Part shown: positions 10,762 to 18,158 of the stretch, piece by piece
Layout: every line of letters begins with the position of its first letter
Numbering within the stretch: the stretch's first letter is position 1
DNA from: Candidatus Magasanikbacteria bacterium CG_4_10_14_0_2_um_filter_33_14
GTDB lineage: Bacteria; Patescibacteriota; Patescibacteriia; Magasanikbacterales; UBA922
Reading direction: 5' to 3'
Assembly: GCA_002793035.1 (NCBI GenBank)
Contig: PFPL01000033.1
Span: 1-58,853, forward strand
Length of the DNA stretch: 58,853 nucleotides
Position numbers and translations under genes: made by a program
Notes under the pieces: generated by a model
Seen by the model: only the letters and a program-made list of their open reading frames with translations
Databases searched by the model: none
Told to the model about the DNA's origin: nothing

Positions 10762-11883
10762 ATGAAAATAGGTATAGATGTTTCTTACGTAAACAATGAT
10801 CAAAAGACAGGTGTAGAGTGGTATGTAGTCTATCTTTTGGAAAAATTAAAAAAAATAATTCCAAAAGAATATGAAGTTATTTTGTATACAAGCAGACCTT
10901 TACTAAATGATTTAGCAATTGATTTGCCAGAAAATTGGAAAGAAAAAATATTAAGTTGGCCTCCAAAAATATTTTGGACACAGCTTAGACTTAGTTTCGA
11001 AATGTTTTTTCATAAGCCAGATACATTTTTTGTACCTGCTCATGTTTGTCCGCTCATTCATCCCAAGAATACTATTGTCACTATTCATGATATCGCTTCA
11101 CTGCGTTTTCCAAAATCATATAGCAAAATCGAAAATTGGTATTATTTGTGGTCTGTAAAATTTGCTTTGAAAAGTGTTGCCAAAGTAATTGTACCAAGTA
11201 ATTTTACTAAAAAAGAAATAGGTTGTTTGAATTTGAAAAAAGAATTACTAGAAAAAATAAAAGTTGTTTATCATGGTTTTAATGAAGTTTATCAAAATAA
11301 TTTTTCGGATGTTGTAAAAAAGAATATTTTAAATAAATACAATATTGGTTCCAAATTTTTACTCAGTATCTCTAGACTTGAATACAAAAAAAATACATTA
11401 GGTATTGTCAAAGCTTTTGAAATTTTGAAAAAACAAGAAAAAAACAAAGATTTACAATTGGTTTTGGTTGGTAAAGCAGGTTTTGGTTTTGAAGAAGTAA
11501 AAGAAGCTATTCAAACAAGCTTTTACAAAAAAGATATTATTTTACCAGGATGGGTGGAAGAAGATGATTTACCAATTATTTTGTCAGCTGCCCAAATTTT
11601 TGTCTTTCCTTCACTTTATGAAGGTTTTGGTTTACCTATATTACAAGCTATGTCAGCGGGGGTGCCGGTGGTAACTTCTAATTTTAGTAGTTTGCCTGAA
11701 GTTGGTGGTGATGCTTGTCTGTATGTTGCCCCTGCCAATTATCAAGACATTGCTGACAAAGTAGAAATATTTTTGACGGATGAAAAATTGCGTCAAGAAA
11801 AAATTATTCTTGGTAAAAAACGTGCAAAAGAGTTTTCTTGGGAAAAATGTGCAAAAGAGACTTTTGAATTATTGATTAAATAA
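10762..11883 (+). CDS. glycosyltransferase family 4 (GT-B, RfaG-like)
   Basis: C-terminal signature FVFPSLYEGFGLPILQAMSAGVPVVTSNFSSLPEVGGDA (the E-x7-E region of GT4). Confidence 0.88.
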   Translation: MKIGIDVSYVNNDQKTGVEWYVVYLLEKLKKIIPKEYEVILYTSRPLLNDLAIDLPENWKEKILSWPPKIFWTQLRLSFEMFFHKPDTFFVPAHVCPLIHPKNTIVTIHDIASLRFPKSYSKIENWYYLWSVKFALKSVAKVIVPSNFTKKEIGCLNLKKELLEKIKVVYHGFNEVYQNNFSDVVKKNILNKYNIGSKFLLSISRLEYKKNTLGIVKAFEILKKQEKNKDLQLVLVGKAGFGFEEVKEAIQTSFYKKDIILPGWVEEDDLPIILSAAQIFVFPSLYEGFGLPILQAMSAGVPVVTSNFSSLPEVGGDACLYVAPANYQDIADKVEIFLTDEKLRQEKIILGKKRAKEFSWEKCAKETFELLIK

Positions 11884-11945
11884 TAAAAAGGCTAATAGAC
11901 TTTTTATCTTGCTTTATAGATGTTTTCATGCTATTATATGCCTAT

Positions 11946-12851
11946 ATGGAAAGTATTATAGGACATAAAAGAGTTTTGGATTTTTTTGAAAAAGTTAAAG
12001 AAAATGATAATTTTAGTCATGCTTATTGTTTTTCGGGACCTGAAAATGTAGGTAAATTTAGTGTAGCTAAATTTTTGGCGGCTCAAATATTGGGTGTAAA
12101 TGTGAACAAAATTTTTACTTCTACTGATTTTTATCTACTAGAACAGAGTATCAAAGAAAAAACAGGTAAGTTGGCAAAAGATATTAGTATTGATCAAGTT
12201 CGTGAAATGATAAGTTTTTTGTCCAAACATTCTTTTTTGGGAGGTTATCAAGTAGCTATTATCAATAATGCTGATTTATTGAACACCTCTGCTAGTAATG
12301 CTCTTTTGAAAACATTGGAGGAACCAGGTAAAAAAACTATTATTATTTTGATTACAGTAGATGAAAAAAAATTATTACCAACAATTTTGTCTCGTTGTCA
12401 ATTGATAAATTTTACGACTGTTTCAGAAGAAATTATTAGAGATTTTGTTTTAAATGGTGATTTACCAACAGAAAAACAAGAATATATCATAAAATACTCT
12501 TGCGGTTTACCTGGAATCACTGTAAAATTAATGTCAGAGGAAGATTATTATGATAAACATCTTCAAGAGACACAGCGTTTTGATGATTTGTTTGGTAAAC
12601 TTTTTTATGAAAAGTTGAAATCGGTAGAAGAATTGTTTGGAGATAAAAGTGACCATATCCAAGCTAGAAATAATCTTTTGCAAATTTTAAATATTTGGCA
12701 AATTAAGCTACATCTTTCTTTACAGGATGGGAAGATTAGTAAAGAAGTTTTTGAAAAATTGTACAATAGTTTAAAACAGGCCAGAAATAATCTTGGAAAA
12801 AATATTCATCCTAGACTATTGGTCGAAAATATTTTATTACAAATACCTTAA
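11946..12851 (+). CDS. holB: DNA polymerase III delta' subunit
   Basis: IIGHKRVLDFF...HAYCFSGPENVGKFSVAKFLA (degenerate P-loop), NALLKTLEEPGKKTIIILIT and LPTILSRCQLINF (SRC motif). The track start at 11928 is an alternative. Confidence 0.88.
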   Translation: MESIIGHKRVLDFFEKVKENDNFSHAYCFSGPENVGKFSVAKFLAAQILGVNVNKIFTSTDFYLLEQSIKEKTGKLAKDISIDQVREMISFLSKHSFLGGYQVAIINNADLLNTSASNALLKTLEEPGKKTIIILITVDEKKLLPTILSRCQLINFTTVSEEIIRDFVLNGDLPTEKQEYIIKYSCGLPGITVKLMSEEDYYDKHLQETQRFDDLFGKLFYEKLKSVEELFGDKSDHIQARNNLLQILNIWQIKLHLSLQDGKISKEVFEKLYNSLKQARNNLGKNIHPRLLVENILLQIP

Positions 12852-12874
12852 TTATTTAATTTATTATTTATCTT

Positions 12875-13963
12875 ATGGGTAAAAAATTAGCATTTTTTTC
12901 TAGCTTGTTGGCTGTAGTATTGCTGACTGGAGCTGGTTGTTTGAATATTGGTAATGAACAAGACATAAGTACTTCTGGTCCTGCCGGTGTATTTTTGTCA
13001 ACGGATAGAGGAGATACTTGGGTGTCTGTCTCAGCTATGCCAACAAACCAAGGTACTAAGACTTTGGAAAATATGAGTGTCTATAGTTTATTTGAAGACC
13101 CACAAGATGCTCAAGGTTTGTATTGGGGATCTAGAGAAGGTGGGCTTTTTTATAGCTTTGATAGTGGAAAAAGTTGGAAACAATCTGGAGCTCCTTTGAA
13201 TGTTTCTATGATTCGTTCTGTTACTATTCATCCTAATGACAAGTGTAGTATTTTTGCGACCAATGGACGTCAAATGTTTAGAACTACTGATTGTGTTCGT
13301 TCTTGGGAAGAAGTATTTATCGAAGGACGTTCTGATGTTTCTATTACTGAAGTTGCTTTCGATCCTTTTCATCCAGAAAATCTTTATATGACAGAGAGTG
13401 ATGGTGCTTTGTTAAAGAGTGTGGATGGTGGTGTTCACTGGGCTATTTTAAACACTTTCAAAGGTTATGCTAGAAGTGTTGTTTTTGATAGTAATAAAGA
13501 AGGTTTGATGTTTGTCACTACTTTGAAAAATGGTTTATTTAGATCAAGAGATTTTGGTGAGACTTGGACAGATTTGAGCTTAAAATTAAAGGAATATACT
13601 GGTGCACTTGATTATCGTCGCTTTTTGGTGTATCCTGGCCAAGCTGAAGAAATTTTCTGGATTTCTAAATATGGTATTTTGACATCACGTAATTCAGGTG
13701 AAGAGTGGGAACCTGTAAAATTGGTTACTCCTCCTGGTAGTGTAGATATTTATTCTTTCTCTGTTAGTCGTACTAATGACAGTGAAATGTACTATACTTC
13801 TACCAATGATGTAAAAAAGTCTACTTTTTATAGAACTGTAGATGGTGGTCAAAATTGGGAAACTAGAAAATTACCTTCTAAGCAAATTCCAACAGTTCTT
13901 TATTCTCATCCTGATAATGATGGTTGGATTTATCTAGGTTTTACTATTCCACCAAAAAATTAA
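12875..13963 (+). CDS. secreted BNR/Asp-box repeat beta-propeller protein (Ycf48/sortilin-like)
   Basis: Signal peptide with a possible lipobox (LLTGAGC). Seven S/T-x-D-x-G-x-(T/S)-W Asp-boxes are present: STDRGDTW, SFDSGKSW, TTDCVRSW, SVDGGVHW, SRDFGETW, SRNSGEEW, TVDGGQNW. Confidence 0.85.
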   Translation: MGKKLAFFSSLLAVVLLTGAGCLNIGNEQDISTSGPAGVFLSTDRGDTWVSVSAMPTNQGTKTLENMSVYSLFEDPQDAQGLYWGSREGGLFYSFDSGKSWKQSGAPLNVSMIRSVTIHPNDKCSIFATNGRQMFRTTDCVRSWEEVFIEGRSDVSITEVAFDPFHPENLYMTESDGALLKSVDGGVHWAILNTFKGYARSVVFDSNKEGLMFVTTLKNGLFRSRDFGETWTDLSLKLKEYTGALDYRRFLVYPGQAEEIFWISKYGILTSRNSGEEWEPVKLVTPPGSVDIYSFSVSRTNDSEMYYTSTNDVKKSTFYRTVDGGQNWETRKLPSKQIPTVLYSHPDNDGWIYLGFTIPPKN

Positions 13964-13980
13964 GTTTAAAAGTTTTAAAT

Positions 13981-14532
13981 ATGAATGTTGTAAAAAATAA
14001 TCAAGTAGTTTTTGATAAAGCCATCGACTTTTTGAAGCAAGATATCTCTAGTCTACGTACTGGACGTGCGACACCAGCTCTTGTTGAAGATATTGTTGTA
14101 GAAGCTTATGGAGGTAAACAACCTCTAAAGGCTGTAGCTTCTATTTCTGTTGCTGATGCTAAAACTATAAATGTAGATCCTTGGGACAAAGGTCTTTCTC
14201 AAGCTGTAGAATCAGCTATTCGCAATTCTGATTTGGGAATTAACCCTGTTAATGATGGTAAGCTTATTCGTCTACCACTTCCTGAATTAAATGCTGAACG
14301 CCGTCAAGAACTTATCAAAGTTCTTCATAAAAAATTGGAACATGCTCGTATTACACTTCGCAAAATTCGTGAAGATGTTCGTACTGAGATTGATAAACTT
14401 GAAAAAGCAAAAGAAATTTCAGAGGATGAAAAATTCAATGAACAAGATGAATTAGAAAAACTTGTAAAAGAATATAATGATCAAGTAAAGGAAATTGGAG
14501 AAGAAAAGGAAAAAGAGATTACAACAATCTAA
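13981..14532 (+). CDS. frr: ribosome recycling factor
   Basis: DFLKQDISSLRTGRATPALVEDIVVEAYGGKQPLKAVASISVADAKTINVDPWDK and INPVNDGKLIRLPLPELNAERRQELIK. The ATG at 13981 is chosen; the track start 13924 overlaps the upstream gene. Confidence 0.95.
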   Translation: MNVVKNNQVVFDKAIDFLKQDISSLRTGRATPALVEDIVVEAYGGKQPLKAVASISVADAKTINVDPWDKGLSQAVESAIRNSDLGINPVNDGKLIRLPLPELNAERRQELIKVLHKKLEHARITLRKIREDVRTEIDKLEKAKEISEDEKFNEQDELEKLVKEYNDQVKEIGEEKEKEITTI

Positions 14533-14606
14533 ATTTTCAATTTACTAATTTACAATTTTCAAATATTTTTTTGAAAATTGGAAAATGAAAATTTGTAAAT
14601 TATTTT

Positions 14607-15050
14607 ATGCGAATCGTTCTTCAAAAAGTTAAAAATGCAAATGTTAAAATAAACAATGAAACCGTTGGTGAAATATCCAATGGTTTTTTACTGTTACTTG
14701 CGATTGGCAAAGGTGATACTAGAGAACAATCTGATTTTCTTGTTGAAAAAGTTTGTAAATTGCGTCTTTTTTCTGATGCTGGTTCAGACAGCTTTATGGA
14801 GAAAAATATTTTGGAAGTGTCGGGTGAAGTCCTTGTCGTTTCTCAGTTCACTCTTTATGGGGATTGTAAGAAGGGGACTAGGCCAAGCTTTACAGATTCA
14901 GAAGAACCTATTAAAGCCAAAGAGATGTATGAATATTTTGTAAATAAAATAAAAGAAAAAGTCGAGCGTGTTGAAACTGGTAAATTTGCCGAACATATGG
15001 AAGTGGAGTTGGTAAATGATGGGCCGATTACTTTGATTCTAGAAAAATAA
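14607..15050 (+). CDS. dtd: D-aminoacyl-tRNA deacylase
   Basis: MRIVLQKVKNANV...GFLLLLAIGKGDT...VVSQFTLYGDCKKGTRPSF...VNDGPITLIL are Dtd family motifs (SQFTL, GxRP, NDGPVT). Confidence 0.93.
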   Translation: MRIVLQKVKNANVKINNETVGEISNGFLLLLAIGKGDTREQSDFLVEKVCKLRLFSDAGSDSFMEKNILEVSGEVLVVSQFTLYGDCKKGTRPSFTDSEEPIKAKEMYEYFVNKIKEKVERVETGKFAEHMEVELVNDGPITLILEK

Positions 15051-15124
15051 TACTAAACTCAGTCAAATATAAACGCTCTAAAAAATTTAGAAGCTTTTTT
15101 TCATTATTCAAAAAAGTTATCAAC

Positions 15125-15152
15125 TTGACTTTGAAATTTTAACATATAAAAT
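15125..15152 (+). promoter_or_regulatory. sigma70-like promoter for the GC-rich RNA at 15.16 kb
   Basis: TTGACT (15125-30), 16-nt spacer, TAAAAT (15147-52). The G-run at 15158-60 is a plausible TSS. Confidence 0.55.
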
Positions 15153-15158
15153 TAACTG

Positions 15159-15410
15159 GGTTTCGGACGCAGGGTCGTCCGATTTGTGGAGGATTAAGAT
15201 GTTGAAGTTGAACGTCGGGATTTTTGAGTGTCACCGCAAGGCTATCATCGGGGAGCACTTCAAGCAGTGCCCCTGCCGTGAGAGCAACTGCATTGTTAAG
15301 GAGATCCTCTGGTCATTAGAGGACAACAGTGTGCAAGTTGTAAGTTCTTGTGGTCGAGTCTCTCACGAAGAGCCCGATCCTTTTTAAGTAATTTCTCCAA
15401 CATCAACAGC
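15159..15410 (+). ncRNA. unidentified structured RNA candidate (class unknown)
   Basis: G+C is visibly well above the flanks. Helices: 7-bp hairpin TCGGACG/CGTCCGA (15163-82); GGGGaGCAC/GTGCCCC hairpin (15250-74); a ~90-nt irregular hairpin 15277-15367 with base CGTGAGAG/CTCTCACG, then CAACT/AGTTG, GCA/TGC, TTGTT/AACAG, TCCTCT/AGAGGA and a 19-nt 3' internal loop; long-range GATGTTGAAG (15198-207) / CTCCAACATC (15395-404). The only ORF here (15184..15387) has no RBS and looks spurious. Confidence 0.5.
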
Positions 15411-15465
15411 AGTTTTCGAGATTTCTGCTCAAACAAAAAATCTCCGGAGGTCCTCAATTGCTATA

Positions 15466-15494
15466 TTGACGAAAGTCGCACTATTTGCTATATT
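15466..15494 (+). promoter_or_regulatory. sigma70-like promoter upstream of the T-box-like leader
   Basis: TTGACG (15466-71), 17-nt spacer, TATATT (15489-94). Confidence 0.5.
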
Positions 15495-15500
15495 TAAGCC

Positions 15501-15731
15501 ATCACTAATGACAAACTTTTGGCGAGTTTCGAGGTGATACAAATTAAAAAAGTGTTCTGCTGATTTCGTTCTAAAATGGTAAATCAGCGGAGAACTTGGG
15601 TGGAACCGTCCTTCGCTTACCTTCGCTAAAGCTCAGGCAAGCTACGGCCGGCAAGCCTCTCTTCTTTTGAGAGCTTGTCAGTTTAGGACCCCAAGACTTC
15701 TATCAAGAGGTCTTTTTATTTTTTTATTGCG
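15501..15731 (+). promoter_or_regulatory. T-box-like tRNA-sensing leader (putative Gly specifier) upstream of glyQS
   Basis: AACTTGGGTGGAACCGTCC (15593-611) fits the T-box motif AAnnnGGGUGGnACC. CTTGGG/CCCAAG (15595-600/15690-95) and GTCC/GGAC (15608-11/15686-89) pair and leave TGGAACC as the 7-nt bulge. A Stem-III-like hairpin lies at 15554-95. The short stem ATCAC/GTGAT (15501-05/15534-38) has a loop carrying GGC-G. A terminator follows at 15693-727 and the next gene is the glycine-tRNA ligase. Confidence 0.55.
15693..15727 (+). terminator. intrinsic terminator of the T-box-like leader / upstream RNA
   Basis: 9-bp stem AAGACTTCT / AGAGGTCTT (one G-U pair), loop ATCA, followed by TTTTTATTTTTTT. 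Confidence 0.8.
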
Positions 15732-15863
15732 AAAAAAGCTATAAAATTTTGTCAAAGTTTTATTTTTCTTGTTTATATGGTGTGTTATAAAAAACACTAA
15801 ATTAACAGGTCAGCTTCTCGCAACAAGTAAAAAATGTTATAATAAACATAATAATTTATTTAT

Positions 15864-17240
15864 ATGAAATCACTCGAATCAGTAGTCAATTTTGCTAAGC
15901 AAAAAGGTTTTATTTTTCAATCATCAGAAGTCTATGATGGACTTGCTGCTGTCTATGATTTTGGTCCTTTGGGAATTTTGCTAAAAAATAATTTGCAAGA
16001 ATTGTGGTGGAAGGAAATGGTCCAAAGACACAATAATATTTATGGACTTGATGCTGCCATCCTCATGCATCCTCGCGTTTGGGAAGCTAGTGGACATGTG
16101 GCTAGTTTTTCTGATCCACTTGTAGATTGTAAAGAATGTAAGATGCGTCACCGTGCTGATCACTTACTTGAGACTGTCGGAGTAGAAGCTGATGATAAAA
16201 TGGGAATAGAAGTATTAAATAAACTTTTGCAAGAAAATAATGTTGTTTGTCCAAATTGTAAAGGTGAACTCACACCTGCTCGTGATTTCAATCTGATGCT
16301 TGAAACTCAGCTAAGTAAGACTGATGACAGTAGTAAAGTTTATCTTCGTCCAGAAACAGCTCAAGGTATTTATGTCAATTTCAAAAATGTTCAGACTGCT
16401 ACTCGCGCCAAGATTCCTTTTGGTATTGCTCAAGTTGGTAAAGCTTTTCGCAATGAAATCACAACCAAACAATTTATCTTCCGTACCAAAGAATTTTCAC
16501 AAATGGAAATGCAATATTTTGTAAAGCCTGAAACAGCTGAAAAATTGTATGAAGATTGGAAAAGTTCTCGTTTGGCTTGGTGGGAATCTCTAGGATTGAA
16601 AGCTGAAAATCTTCGCTATCACGAACATGAAAAATTGGCTCACTACGCCAAAGCTGCTTATGATGTCGAATACAATTTCCCTTGGGGTTGGAAAGAAATA
16701 GAAGGTCTTCATAACCGTGGAGATTTTGATCTTACTCAACATGAAAAATTTAGTGGCAAAAATTTGAAATATCGTGATCCAGAAACAAATGAAGAATATG
16801 TGCCATATATTATTGAAGCTTCATCAGGACTCGACAGAAATGTCTTCACTCTTCTTGTAGACGCCTATGAAGAGCTAGATGCTAGAAGTGGGGAAGAAGA
16901 TGCTAAACATGAAAAAGAAGTGGTATTGCGTATTCACAAGAGTTTGGCGCCTATCAAGATGGCAATACTGCCACTCTCAAAGAAAGAACCTTTGCAAAAT
17001 ATTTGTAATGAAATCCAAAATACGTTATCCAAAACTTATATGACTCAGTATGATGAGACAGGAAGTATTGGTAAACGTTATAGAAGACAAGACGAAATTG
17101 GTACTCCTTATTGTATTACAGTTGATTTTGATTCACTAGAAGATAAGAAAGTGACTGTACGTGATAGAGATACGATGGAACAGGAGAGAATTGGTATTGA
17201 TGATTTAGAGAAATATTTTGTTGAAAAATTTGTAGTATGA
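15864..17240 (+). CDS. glyQS: glycine--tRNA ligase (class II, alpha2 GlyQS type)
   Basis: FIFQSSEVYDGLAAVYDFGPLG, WEASGHVASFSDPLVDCKECKMRHRAD, YLRPETAQGIYVNFKNV, GIAQVGKAFRNEIT, FRTKEFSQMEMQYF, IEASSGLDRN and the anticodon-binding C-terminus GKRYRRQDEIGTPYCITVD. Confidence 0.96.
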   Translation: MKSLESVVNFAKQKGFIFQSSEVYDGLAAVYDFGPLGILLKNNLQELWWKEMVQRHNNIYGLDAAILMHPRVWEASGHVASFSDPLVDCKECKMRHRADHLLETVGVEADDKMGIEVLNKLLQENNVVCPNCKGELTPARDFNLMLETQLSKTDDSSKVYLRPETAQGIYVNFKNVQTATRAKIPFGIAQVGKAFRNEITTKQFIFRTKEFSQMEMQYFVKPETAEKLYEDWKSSRLAWWESLGLKAENLRYHEHEKLAHYAKAAYDVEYNFPWGWKEIEGLHNRGDFDLTQHEKFSGKNLKYRDPETNEEYVPYIIEASSGLDRNVFTLLVDAYEELDARSGEEDAKHEKEVVLRIHKSLAPIKMAILPLSKKEPLQNICNEIQNTLSKTYMTQYDETGSIGKRYRRQDEIGTPYCITVDFDSLEDKKVTVRDRDTMEQERIGIDDLEKYFVEKFVV

Positions 17241-17482
17241 AATTCTTTTATACATATGTATTAAAGAGTGAAAAAGATGGTAATTTGTATATTGGTTATA
17301 CAAAAAATTTGAAGAATAGATTTGAAGAACATAATAGTGGTTTGGTAAAATCTACAAAGGACAGAAGACCTATGGATCTTGTTTACTATGAAGCTTGCTT
17401 AAATGAAAAAGATGCGATAGCACGTGAAAAGCAATTAAAAACAGGATTTGGTAGAGCTTATCTAAAGAGAAGATTGAGTTAA
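17237..17482 (+). CDS. small GIY-YIG nuclease family protein (YhbQ/UPF0213-like), copy 1
   Basis: FYTYVLKSEKDGNLYIGYTKNLKNRFEEHNSG...AREKQLK has the GIY-(10)-YIG, R and E motifs. Its ATG overlaps the glyQS stop (ATGA at 17237-40). Confidence 0.88.
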   Translation: MKFFYTYVLKSEKDGNLYIGYTKNLKNRFEEHNSGLVKSTKDRRPMDLVYYEACLNEKDAIAREKQLKTGFGRAYLKRRLS

Positions 17483-17552
17483 TAGAGATACTATGCCCGC
17501 CTGCATCGCTATGCTCAAGCATTGCGGGCAGGGAACAAGAAAGAATCTCTAT
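17482..17552 (+). other. GC-rich nested hairpin element downstream of GIY-YIG copy 1
   Basis: Outer stem ATAGAGAT (17482-89) / ATCTCTAT (17545-52). Inner 7-bp stem TGCCCGC (17494-500) / GCGGGCA (17524-30) with a GCAT/ATGC mini-hairpin in the loop. Confidence 0.5.
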
Positions 17553-17601
17553 CGAGAATCTAGAACAATATTTTTCTAGTAAATTTTAATAATTTATTCT
17601 T

Positions 17602-17856
17602 ATGGTAAGAAATCTTCAAGAAGGAGGTCTTGAATATTCTATAATAGATTTTGAATTAAAATTGTTAAGTTTGGTTAAAAAATATCCAGTGTATAGTAAA
17701 GAAGATTTTTTGTGGTGGTCACAACATGTTGAGGAAGATTCTATAAACAATGAAATCTTAAAGATAAAATTTCCTGATGAAAATGAAAGAAAAGAAATAG
17801 TTAAAACTCTTTTAGAATTAAAAAAAATTAGTAAGAAAAAAGATATAATTAATTAG
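17602..17856 (+). CDS. hypothetical protein (84 aa)
   Basis: ORF with a K/E-rich C-terminus and no motif I recognise. It is the first gene of a tightly spaced + strand cluster running to 21656. Confidence 0.55.
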   Translation: MVRNLQEGGLEYSIIDFELKLLSLVKKYPVYSKEDFLWWSQHVEEDSINNEILKIKFPDENERKEIVKTLLELKKISKKKDIIN

Positions 17857-17882
17857 TAATTTTATTTTCTAATCAAAAGCAT

Positions 17883-18149
17883 ATGATGGCTACGCATTTG
17901 GAGTTTAGTAATAATACTGGTGAGTCTGAAAAATTTGATCCTAAAAAACATGAGCTAGATGAAACTAGTTTGTCTGAAATTTTTCGTAAAATGACTTTAG
18001 AACAGCTTTTAGATAAATTAGAAAGTTTAGAAAGTCATTCTATAAATCATGATGAAGCGGTACATAGTATTTCTGCTTTAGATACTCAAATAGATTTATT
18101 AAAAAAAGAAATTGAAAATAAAAAAAAATCAGGAAATAGTTTACACTAA
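17883..18149 (+). CDS. hypothetical coiled-coil protein (88 aa)
   Basis: Heptad-like LEQLLDKLESLES...IDLLKKEIENKKK. It ends 9 nt before the Mur-ligase gene. Confidence 0.55.
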   Translation: MMATHLEFSNNTGESEKFDPKKHELDETSLSEIFRKMTLEQLLDKLESLESHSINHDEAVHSISALDTQIDLLKKEIENKKKSGNSLH

Positions 18150-18158
18150 ATAGTATTT

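Noticed and set aside
14533-14606. A+T-only palindromes (CAATTTTCAA/TTGAAAATTG, AATTTACAA/TTGTAAATT) and a 13-mer AAAATGAAAATTT shared with 48400-48412
   Set aside because: These are probably weak terminator or spacer sequence. In DNA this A+T-rich, such matches are plausibly chance and I cannot score them without computation.
15184-15387. 67-aa ORF (MWRIKMLKLNVGIFECHRK...) in the dtd-glyQS spacer
   Set aside because: It has no Shine-Dalgarno and an odd Cys/His/Arg-rich composition. It lies entirely inside a GC-rich segment with strong helices. Stop-poor GC-rich RNA genes routinely give such ORFs.
15466-15483. Group II intron domain V look-alike (GACGAAAGTCGCAC resembles GAUGAAAGUCGCAC of ai5-gamma D5)
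   Set aside because: The flanks cannot form the D5 lower helix with its AGC triad and bulge. There is no reverse transcriptase/maturase ORF and no other intron domains. The same bases serve better as a -35 box and spacer.
15159-15731. tmRNA, RNase P RNA or SRP RNA identity for the GC-rich 15.2-15.7 kb region
   Set aside because: GGGTTTCGGACGCAGGG superficially recalls the tmRNA 5'/3' ends. However, there is no tRNA-like acceptor, T arm (GGTTCGA-TCC) or CCA end. There is no GGAAAGTCC / ACAGAA-CGGCTTA (RNase P P4). There is no GGAA-tetraloop domain IV motif (SRP).
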